64,000 bases of DNA from Erysipelotrichaceae bacterium (GTDB taxonomy: Bacteria > Bacillota_I > Bacilli_A > Erysipelotrichales > Erysipelotrichaceae), in contig JAFRKI010000002.1 of assembly GCA_017431825.1 (NCBI GenBank), forward strand, positions 155,863-219,862, given 5' to 3'. The notes beneath the pieces are model-generated. The model ran no database searches. It had not been told where the DNA came from and saw only the letters and a program-made list of their open reading frames with translations. Position numbers and translations under genes: made by a program. This document shows positions 46,504 to 54,182 of this stretch, one piece after another. Position 1 is the stretch's first letter; each line of letters opens with the position of its first letter.

Positions 46504-47543
46504 TACTTGTCCTCCTTTTCCAGAAGCTTGCAGATCTTCGTGGCCGTCTTTCTCAGATCGAACTTGTTTTCCTTTTCGATCAGTTCCAGGAATCTGGCAG
46601 GAATGCGGTCATAACCGTTCAGGGCACCGACGATATATCCGGCCATGCAGGCAACAGTATCGGTATCATCGCCGGCATTGACAGCCATGACGATGGTGTC
46701 CATCGCATTGCCCTTGGTAGCGGCAATATAACCGAAGGCAGCCGGAACGGCTTCCGCAGCCGGCAGGCCGCCGCCGATCTCTCTTGAGAGGATGTCCATG
46801 GCTTCGTCGAATCTGCCCTGGTACCTCATGCCCAGATCAACTGCGTGCCTGATCCTCCTGACGATATCAGGACCGGCAACGGGACTTACACCTTCGATCT
46901 TCGAAGAACGCAGGAATCCCTGTTCAGCACCGTAGATACCGGCTTCGATAACGTCGAGATAGGAAACCCTGTCCTTGCAGGCTTCTGCTACGGCAGCAGC
47001 TATGGCGCAGGTACCGGCTAAAGCGATGGTATTGTCATGAGTAGGCTTGCACATTGTGATGGCATCATCGATGGCCTTATCGACGTTGCAGGCATCAAAG
47101 AGGCCTACACATCCTACCTTCATGGCACCGCCGTTAGAGGCTCTGCTGTTTACGCACAGTAGTCTGTCCTGCTTGGTAGGAGGAAGCTTCTGACCCTTCA
47201 TCCGGGCAATCGAACGCCTGGTGGTAGGTCCGGCACACTGCGAATAGTTAGGATCTTCAAACCACTTAAGGACAGCCTTTTCGGCACCCTTTTCCGTGAT
47301 CTTACCCTTGTCCTTTATTATCTGCAGGGCATGGTAATAGGAAACGGAGAAATCATCCGTGACCTGTCCTCTTCTGGACCAGTGGGCCCAGGTATCTTCA
47401 GGAGCCTGAATGATATCGGTCACCAGATGTCCCCATTTGTCTTTGATCATTCCGGTGGTACGTATCTCGGTCGAGGCACCCATGGCATCGCCGGTTGCGC
47501 CTCCTAAAAGACCGCCTAAGATCTTGTCATATATATTCCGCAT
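46503..47543 (-). CDS. ADP-ribosylglycohydrolase-family protein, paralogue type 2'
   Basis: The ORF track extends to 47618. I place the start at ATG 47541-47543 (MRNIYDKILGGLLGGATGDAMGASTEIRT), preceded by AAAGGA, which gives 346 aa. C-terminal motif NAGDDTDTVACMAGYIVGAL. Confidence 0.8.
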   Translation of the reverse strand: MRNIYDKILGGLLGGATGDAMGASTEIRTTGMIKDKWGHLVTDIIQAPEDTWAHWSRRGQVTDDFSVSYYHALQIIKDKGKITEKGAEKAVLKWFEDPNYSQCAGPTTRRSIARMKGQKLPPTKQDRLLCVNSRASNGGAMKVGCVGLFDACNVDKAIDDAITMCKPTHDNTIALAGTCAIAAAVAEACKDRVSYLDVIEAGIYGAEQGFLRSSKIEGVSPVAGPDIVRRIRHAVDLGMRYQGRFDEAMDILSREIGGGLPAAEAVPAAFGYIAATKGNAMDTIVMAVNAGDDTDTVACMAGYIVGALNGYDRIPARFLELIEKENKFDLRKTATKICKLLEKEDK

Positions 47544-47559
47544 ATTATATCCTTTCAGT

Positions 47560-48471
47560 TTAGATCTTGCCGAACTTCTTGAGGTTCTTGAAGTTGGTAA
47601 TGAACAGAATGATGACAACAGCCAGATACGGCAGCATGCCGGTAAACTGGGTCGGAACGCCCAGCGATGACCAGGTCAAAGCCAGAGCCTGGCAGTAACC
47701 GAAGATCAGACCGAACAGCATGCCTTTTAGAGGGTTGCCGTCAGCGACCATGGTGGATGCCATGACCATGAAGCCTCTACCACCCGACATGTTTTCGGTA
47801 AACATGGCCAGGGAATTAAGAGACAGGAAGGCACCGGCCAGTCCCATCGTAGCACCTGATACCAGCATGGCTATCCAGCGGTACTTGACGACTGAAACAC
47901 CGGCCGTTTCCGCAGCTTCCGGATTAAGACCTAAAGCACGGATACGGATACCGAACGTCGTCTTATACATGACGATATAAGCGATTATGGTAAGTATCGG
48001 AGCCAGCCATACCAGCAGCGTCTGGTTATTGAAGATGTCCTTGATGAAAGGAATGGAATTGATGACCGGTATATCGATGGTATCGTAGCTTACGGCACCG
48101 ACGTTGGTGGCTCCACGGGTATGGAAGATCATTACCAGCAGCATGGTGGTAAGGCCCCAGCCCGATAGATTGAAGCCGACACCGGTTATCAGTCCGTTGG
48201 CCCCCAGGTGGAAGGTAAACAGTCCGTATAGCGCAGCCAGAACGACGGCAGCGATGACACCGAACAGTGTACCGATCATATAGTTCTTAGTCAGATAGCT
48301 GCCCAGTAAAGCGAAGAAGGCGGCTATCAGCATAAAGCTTTCCAGGGCGATGTTCATGATTCCCGCTTTTCTGCAGAAACAGTAGCCGGCAATACCCAGA
48401 ATAAGAGGAGCCGACATACGGAACGTCGCATTCAAGGTTACAGTTGAAAACATAACACGTAAGAGTTCCAT
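47560..48471 (-). CDS. ABC permease of the BMP/nucleoside-type importer (NupQ/RnsD-like)
   Basis: 303 aa polytopic protein with typical family architecture. It is in an operon with a BMP-family binding protein. Confidence 0.75.
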   Translation of the reverse strand: MELLRVMFSTVTLNATFRMSAPLILGIAGYCFCRKAGIMNIALESFMLIAAFFALLGSYLTKNYMIGTLFGVIAAVVLAALYGLFTFHLGANGLITGVGFNLSGWGLTTMLLVMIFHTRGATNVGAVSYDTIDIPVINSIPFIKDIFNNQTLLVWLAPILTIIAYIVMYKTTFGIRIRALGLNPEAAETAGVSVVKYRWIAMLVSGATMGLAGAFLSLNSLAMFTENMSGGRGFMVMASTMVADGNPLKGMLFGLIFGYCQALALTWSSLGVPTQFTGMLPYLAVVIILFITNFKNLKKFGKI

Positions 48472-48475
48472 TCAA

Positions 48476-49570
48476 CTATTCCTCCTTCTTAATAGCTTCA
48501 CGAGCTTTTTTATCTTTATACTTGCGGTAAAGCATACCGTAATCGATGGAAATAAAGAGTACGAATAAAGCCTGCAGGAGGTTCATCGTATATCTGTTCA
48601 AAGTGGTGGCTCTTTCCATCTGCATGGCACCTGTCTTGAAGGCGGCCCAGATGAAGGATACCAGCAGTACGCCGACCGGAGAGTTGGCCGCAACACGGGT
48701 GATCATGACACCATCCCAGCCCAGGTTCGCCGAGAACTGGGCGATGAAACGGTGGTTGACGCCGATTACCTCGGTAGCTCCGCAGATACCGGCAATGAAT
48801 CCGGATACCAGGAAGATGATGATGAACATCTTATTGGAATCGACACCGCCGGCTCTTGAGAACGGCAGATTGGAACCGACCATCTTCATTTCGTATCCTA
48901 CCAGCGTATACTTATACAGCAGATAGACGATGAGGATGATCGCCAAGGCCAGGAAAAGACCGGTCGTAGCCGAAGTTCCTTTGATGATAGGCGTCAGTTC
49001 CGCCGTCTTATTGACGAAAGGCGTAACGATGGAAGTCTGTGAAGTAGCCGAGTTGCCGCCCATGAGTTTCAAGGTAATGTATTCGGTAGCCAGTACCGCT
49101 ACATAGTTCAAAAGCAGCGTCGTTATGACTTCATCGATCTTGAAATACAGTTTCAGCAGGGCCGGTATCAGCGCATACAGAAGACCCGCAAGACCGCCGG
49201 CAAAGATACAGGCAAGCTGATGAACGACCGGAGGCAGTTCGATCATATAGCCGACACAGGCAGCGGTCAGTGCACCGAAATAAAGCTGTCCTTCAAGACC
49301 CAGGTTGAAGACGCCGGATTTGAAGGCAACGGCTGCGGAAATGCCTACCAGCATACACGGTATCGCCCAGTGGATGGTATTGCCGATAGCCAGTTTGGAA
49401 CCGAAGGCTCCTTTGAACATTTCTCTAAGAGCGACGCCGGCATTGGCGTTGTTGGCAACGATCAGCAGATATCCGATCAGTAAGGTAGCGATCAGCGATA
49501 TGACGTATCTGGCAACATTGATCTTGGTGCTGTCAGCCAGAAAATGTTTGAGACTATTCAATGGTTTCAT
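48476..49570 (-). CDS. ABC permease of the BMP/nucleoside-type importer (NupP/RnsC-like)
   Basis: About 364 aa. The ORF-track start at 49585 is a GTG adjacent to AGGAGG. ATG 49568-49570 (MKPLNSLKHF) is more plausible, but the start remains ambiguous. Confidence 0.75.
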   Translation of the reverse strand: MKPLNSLKHFLADSTKINVARYVISLIATLLIGYLLIVANNANAGVALREMFKGAFGSKLAIGNTIHWAIPCMLVGISAAVAFKSGVFNLGLEGQLYFGALTAACVGYMIELPPVVHQLACIFAGGLAGLLYALIPALLKLYFKIDEVITTLLLNYVAVLATEYITLKLMGGNSATSQTSIVTPFVNKTAELTPIIKGTSATTGLFLALAIILIVYLLYKYTLVGYEMKMVGSNLPFSRAGGVDSNKMFIIIFLVSGFIAGICGATEVIGVNHRFIAQFSANLGWDGVMITRVAANSPVGVLLVSFIWAAFKTGAMQMERATTLNRYTMNLLQALFVLFISIDYGMLYRKYKDKKAREAIKKEE

Positions 49571-51110
49571 ATTTCTGTGCCACACCTCCTGTCATTAATA
49601 AGCCTAACTGGGATTCATCGAATTCGCCGTATTTGCCTCCGTCATAGAGTTCGCCGTTATACATGACCATGATACGGTCGGAGAGCTCCATGACTTCATT
49701 GAGTTCATGGCTCACCAGCAGTACGGCAGCGCCCTGGGAAGCGAATTCCAGCAGTTTGCCCCAGATGTATTCGATGGCACCGACGTCGATTCCTCGGGTC
49801 GGGTCTTCGATCAGCAGAAGCTTGTTGTCCTGGGAGAATTCCCTTCCGACTATCAGCTTCTGGATATTGCCGCCGGATAATGATCCGACATTGGAATTGA
49901 TGCTCTGGACCTTTACGGCAAAGTCATCGACGACTTTCTCCGTAAACTGGTTGGCATCCTTATGATCTACCAGCCATCTGGTCTTGAAACCGTGGGCTCT
50001 GTGATAACCCATGATGGTGTTTTCCCAGATGCTGGTCTTGACATCACATCCCATGACCATACGGTCCTGAGGAACGTAGCCGATATGGTCGGCACGGTTT
50101 TCCCTAGGGGTATTGCCCGTAATGTCTTTGCCCAGATATTCGATCTTACTGCCCTCGGCAGCCTTACTTAAGCCAAAGATGGTCTTGCTTAAGTACTGCT
50201 GTCCAGATCCGGCAACACCGGCGATACCCAGGATCTCACCTGCATGGATATCGAAACTTACATTCTTAAGTCTCTGGATGTTATCCTGGTCATAGACCGA
50301 AAGGTTCCTGACGCTTAATACCGGTTCGCCAGGTTCGCCCGGCTGCTTGTTGGCCTGAAGGATGACTTCCCTTCCGACCATCAGGTTAGCCAGTTTCTGC
50401 TGGTTCAGATCCTTAGGATCATATGTACCGACATATTTGCCTAAACGAAGTACGGTGATCTCATCACTTACTTCAAATACTTCCTGCAGTTTATGGGTAA
50501 TAAACAGGATAGTCTTGCCGGCTGCCTTCAGTACCCGCATGGCCTGGAACAGACCTTCGATACCCTGTGGAGTAAGAGTAGAAGTCGGTTCGTCCATGAT
50601 GATCAGATCGGCACCACGGTAAAGCACTTTGACAATTTCAATCTGCTGCAGCATGGCAACAGGCAGCTCGTTGATGACTTCATCCAGCGGAAGATTGAAA
50701 TTGTAGTCCTTGCAGATCTTTTCAACTTTTTCTCTGGACTTCTTGTAATCAACGAAAGCGCCTTTCGTTTCTTCAAAACCGACGATGATATTCTCAAATA
50801 CACTAAAGTTAGGTGCCAGCATGAATTCCTGGTAGATCATACCGATACCATGTCTGCAGGCATCCATCGGATTCCTGAATACGACCTTTTCCCCGTTGAG
50901 GATGATGTCGCCATAGTCAGGTTTTACCGTATCGGTAAGGATACCCATTAAGGTAGACTTGCCCGCACCGTTTTCACCGACTATTGCATGGATGGTATTA
51001 CGCTTAACTTTAAGTGAGATATGATCGTTGGCTTTTAAAGGGCCATAGAACTTGCAGATATCTCTTGTCTCAAGTACATATTCACTCTGATTCGAGATAT
51101 TTTCGCTCAT
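49554..51110 (-). CDS. Double-domain ABC ATPase of the BMP/nucleoside-type importer
   Basis: 518 aa. Two nucleotide-binding domains (GENGAGKST; LSGGNIQK). Confidence 0.8.
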   Translation of the reverse strand: MSENISNQSEYVLETRDICKFYGPLKANDHISLKVKRNTIHAIVGENGAGKSTLMGILTDTVKPDYGDIILNGEKVVFRNPMDACRHGIGMIYQEFMLAPNFSVFENIIVGFEETKGAFVDYKKSREKVEKICKDYNFNLPLDEVINELPVAMLQQIEIVKVLYRGADLIIMDEPTSTLTPQGIEGLFQAMRVLKAAGKTILFITHKLQEVFEVSDEITVLRLGKYVGTYDPKDLNQQKLANLMVGREVILQANKQPGEPGEPVLSVRNLSVYDQDNIQRLKNVSFDIHAGEILGIAGVAGSGQQYLSKTIFGLSKAAEGSKIEYLGKDITGNTPRENRADHIGYVPQDRMVMGCDVKTSIWENTIMGYHRAHGFKTRWLVDHKDANQFTEKVVDDFAVKVQSINSNVGSLSGGNIQKLIVGREFSQDNKLLLIEDPTRGIDVGAIEYIWGKLLEFASQGAAVLLVSHELNEVMELSDRIMVMYNGELYDGGKYGEFDESQLGLLMTGGVAQKYETIE

Positions 51111-51130
51111 ATTTTCACTCCTATGAAATT

Positions 51131-51157
51131 GGGCTGATAGGCAAAGCCCATCAGCCC
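51131..51157 (-). other. Intercistronic stem-loop after the binding-protein gene
   Basis: GGGCTGATAGG / CCCATCAGCCC-type inverted repeat (51131-51157), a stem of about 10-11 bp including one G-U pair. It lies between the binding-protein gene stop (51191) and the ATPase start (51110). Confidence 0.6.
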
Positions 51158-51190
51158 GTTTTTAATCGATTAGTTTTTTTCTTCTAACTA

Positions 51191-52249
51191 TTACTGATAG
51201 TCAGATGGATCCCAACGATAGGAATCGTAACCTGCATATACATCAACAGCACCGGAAGCGATGTCAGCCATCAGCTGAGTGACCTTTTCCTGTACTTCTG
51301 CCGGTAAGAGATCGAAGTCTCTCTGATCATATACAGCAGCACCAGCAGCGATATCGTAGTAGCATACATGACCTTCCCAGGTACCGTCAGCAACTTCTCT
51401 GCAGCACTTGGTGATAGCGTCATTGATAGGCTTTAATGCAGACCAGAATACAGTTTCCTGACCGAAGTCGCCGCCCTGCCACATATCAACACCGATAGCC
51501 TTGACGCCTTCTTCCTTACATTCAGTCATAACGCCTAAACCGGAAGTATTGGCAGCCTGGTCGATGATGTCTACGCCGTATTCAGCGATCATAGCCTTGG
51601 CAGCTTCCTGACCCTTGTTGGCATCCTGAGCATCGCCGGTGTAACCGAAGATTACTTCAGTGCCGTTGTCAGCATACTTAACGCCGCCTTCGAAACCGTA
51701 TTTGAATCTGTCCTGAGAAACCTGATCAGTATGGCCTAACCAGCCGACTTTACCGGCTTCAGTCATCTGAGCTGCAACATAACCGGCAACGAATTCAGAC
51801 TCCCATGGGTCACAAATGATATTTGCGCAGTTGGTAGTCTTGTTGGCACCTAATACATAAGAGTCATTCAGGAAGATCTTAAGATCAGGATAGTTTTCAG
51901 CCAGTTCATCAGCTAACTGTAAAGCAACTTCACCGAGAGCATCGAATTCAGTTACGATTACATGGTAGCCTTCAGCAGCCATGGCACGGATCTGGTCAGC
52001 GAACTCGGAAGTTTCTTTGACTTCGAGGATCTTGACGTCCCAGCCTTCCTGTTCAAGGACCTTGACACCAGTTACACACATAGCTGTAAATGGAGCAGCC
52101 TCACCATACTGAGTGATGTAAACAACACTCTTAACAGGATCGACACCGGTAGTCGGTTCATCACCGCCCTGAGGCTCGCCGCCACCGGAGCATGCTACTA
52201 ATGCCAGACATACTAACACAGTAGCAAGAACTTTGAATAGTTTCTTCAT
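51191..52249 (-). CDS. BMP/PnrA (Med/TmpC) family ABC substrate-binding lipoprotein
   Basis: 352 aa. Lipobox LVACSGG. BMP-family features (..AGYVAAQMT.., ..FGYTGD..D..KG...A......GVD.I..AA...G.GV). Confidence 0.75.
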   Translation of the reverse strand: MKKLFKVLATVLVCLALVACSGGGEPQGGDEPTTGVDPVKSVVYITQYGEAAPFTAMCVTGVKVLEQEGWDVKILEVKETSEFADQIRAMAAEGYHVIVTEFDALGEVALQLADELAENYPDLKIFLNDSYVLGANKTTNCANIICDPWESEFVAGYVAAQMTEAGKVGWLGHTDQVSQDRFKYGFEGGVKYADNGTEVIFGYTGDAQDANKGQEAAKAMIAEYGVDIIDQAANTSGLGVMTECKEEGVKAIGVDMWQGGDFGQETVFWSALKPINDAITKCCREVADGTWEGHVCYYDIAAGAAVYDQRDFDLLPAEVQEKVTQLMADIASGAVDVYAGYDSYRWDPSDYQ

Positions 52250-52368
52250 TTTTTTCCTCCCTTGTAGTAAATTTAGAAACTTGAGCGTATATATGCATTT
52301 TAATGTGCATATGTAAACGCATTCATGTTCATTAAAAATATTATATGCTTACTTGGTCTATGTTTCAA

Positions 52369-53160
52369 TCACTTAGATAGCTGTTTTATGAACGTTTTCA
52401 CTCGTAAAAGATCGACAGGATTATTGACGTTACCGCCTTTTTTAAATGAACTTCCCACTATGGCACCGTCGATGATCTCAAAGAATTCCTTAGCGTTGTC
52501 CTTATTTACGCCGCTGCCCACGAATACAGGCATATTATGGGCCATTTTCTTAAAGTTAAGGGCATCTTCCACGCTTGGGCTCTTACCCGTCGTAATGCCC
52601 GTTAAAATGAGGGCATCGGCACCTCCTTCGATGCAGGATTCGATGGTGAAATCAAGCGGCTGATCGGTCAATGGGAAAGTGTGCTTGACGTTTACGTCAG
52701 CCAGTATCACGATATCCTTCGGGTACTGTGCTCTTATACGCATGAGCTTAGGTCCGGCCGCTTCCAGGATACCGTTAGGACCGCAGCGGTTTTCAGCCAG
52801 TACCTCGACTCTGATGAAGTCATAACCGCAGGCATAGGCCAGAGCCCACTCGGCTTCGATGTCATTGTACTGAAAATTGATGCCCATAGGAAGTTTAGTC
52901 AGTTTCCTTAATTTCGTGGCAATAACCGCAAAGGAAGTAACTGCGATCAGGGAATTGTTCTGAGCGTAAGGAACGTCTCCGAAATTCTCGATGATAACCG
53001 CATTGCAGCCACCTTCGATCAGCGCCTTCAGGTCCTTTTCCGCTGCTTTGTATACCTTGTCAAGATCGCCGCAGAAACCCACGGAACCCGGTAAAGGCAG
53101 CAGATGGACCATGCCTACCACGATCTTCTTATTTCCGAATAGCTTTTCGTATCTGTTCAT
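52369..53160 (-). CDS. BtpA/SgcQ-family TIM-barrel protein
   Basis: 263 aa. N-terminus IVVGMVHLLPLPGS...AVIIENFGDVPY is characteristic of the BtpA/SgcQ family. Confidence 0.75.
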   Translation of the reverse strand: MNRYEKLFGNKKIVVGMVHLLPLPGSVGFCGDLDKVYKAAEKDLKALIEGGCNAVIIENFGDVPYAQNNSLIAVTSFAVIATKLRKLTKLPMGINFQYNDIEAEWALAYACGYDFIRVEVLAENRCGPNGILEAAGPKLMRIRAQYPKDIVILADVNVKHTFPLTDQPLDFTIESCIEGGADALILTGITTGKSPSVEDALNFKKMAHNMPVFVGSGVNKDNAKEFFEIIDGAIVGSSFKKGGNVNNPVDLLRVKTFIKQLSK

Positions 53161-53161
53161 T

Positions 53162-54121
53162 TTATGCTTCCTTTAATTTCTTTACCAGTTCATTCCAGTA
53201 GAAGTCGATATTGGATGAGTTGATAAGACCGTATTCACAGATTAGACCGGTAATATCGGAAGCCGGCGTCACGTCAAAGAACTGATTGATGACCGTCAGG
53301 TTCTTATGGCTCTTGAAGTCTCCTTTGGAAATGATCTCGTTTTCCGTCCTTCTTTCCAGTTCGATCGGTACACCTTTCTTGGTGAGCGGGTTGTATTTAT
53401 ACAGTTCGGCTGCGACATAGAACGGTTTCTTGCACAGTTTGGCCAGTGCCGCCAGCATGGCGGTGCCCATCTTATTGGCGATTGAACCGTTAGAAGCCAG
53501 TGAATCGGCACCTACCAGAATGAAGTCAGCCTTCGGCATGAACTCGTAAGCTTCCGCATCAGTGATGTAGATGATTTTTTCATCCCATTCCTGCAGGTAG
53601 TGAACAGCTTTGCGGGATTCCCTTAACGGACGAGATTCCGTGCAGATGACAGTGAATTTCTTGCCCTGTTCGGCTGCCTTTATGAAGATGGCCATCAGGG
53701 TACTGGTATAACTGTGCATCATGATGGTGCTGCCGTCCTTTATCAGATTGGCTCCTACTTCAGCCATCTTGTCTATCGCCGCATATGAGTTATCGATGAT
53801 ATTGTCACAGACCTTAATGACCTTTTCCTTGATCACTTTGAGGTCTTCGTTCTTATTCTCTTCATAGACTTCCTCGATGATGTTGCAGGAATTATGGATG
53901 GTGCCCATGGTCGGCTTAAGGGTCAGCATCTGCTTTTTCAGGTCCTTATAGCGGGTTCGGAGCTCTCTTTTGGTGTTGAGCTTTTCCTTCTGCGTTGCGA
54001 GCTTTAAAGCCCAGGCAGCGGCACGGCCGAAAGGACTGCCGCCCTTGACGTTCATGTCTCTGATCTCCTGAACGACGTGATCTGCCGATCTGAAATCAAT
54101 GTCTTTTACTTTTTCTCTCAT
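53162..54121 (-). CDS. eIF-2B alpha/beta/delta-family sugar-phosphate isomerase homologue (ribose-1,5-bisphosphate-isomerase-like)
   Basis: 319 aa. IRDMNVKGGSPFGRAAAWAL, CTESRP, LVGADSLASNGSIANKMGT, FDVTP. The size and motif spacing match archaeal R15P isomerase more than MtnA. Confidence 0.7.
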   Translation of the reverse strand: MREKVKDIDFRSADHVVQEIRDMNVKGGSPFGRAAAWALKLATQKEKLNTKRELRTRYKDLKKQMLTLKPTMGTIHNSCNIIEEVYEENKNEDLKVIKEKVIKVCDNIIDNSYAAIDKMAEVGANLIKDGSTIMMHSYTSTLMAIFIKAAEQGKKFTVICTESRPLRESRKAVHYLQEWDEKIIYITDAEAYEFMPKADFILVGADSLASNGSIANKMGTAMLAALAKLCKKPFYVAAELYKYNPLTKKGVPIELERRTENEIISKGDFKSHKNLTVINQFFDVTPASDITGLICEYGLINSSNIDFYWNELVKKLKEA

Positions 54122-54182
54122 TTTTCTCCTCCTTGATTATCAGTATCTATATCCTCCCTTAATACCTCAGGGGAATAACTGC

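Noticed and set aside
42299-47543. The ARH array as a DraG-type regulatory system, a toxin-antitoxin/immunity system (DarTG- or Tri1-like), or an anti-phage system.
   Set aside because: No ADP-ribosyltransferase, macrodomain, nitrogenase, secretion or phage genes are nearby. The context is purely transport, kinase and isomerase, which points to small-molecule catabolism.
42299-47543. The five ARH genes as an assembly artefact or collapsed/expanded recent duplication.
   Set aside because: The copies differ at a large fraction of amino-acid positions and in length (341-358 aa). Their intergenic junctions are all different.
51131-51162. The hairpin plus TTTTT read as a plus-strand rho-independent terminator.
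   Set aside because: No plus-strand gene ends upstream of it. It sits between two minus-strand cistrons, so it is interpreted as an intercistronic RNA structure.
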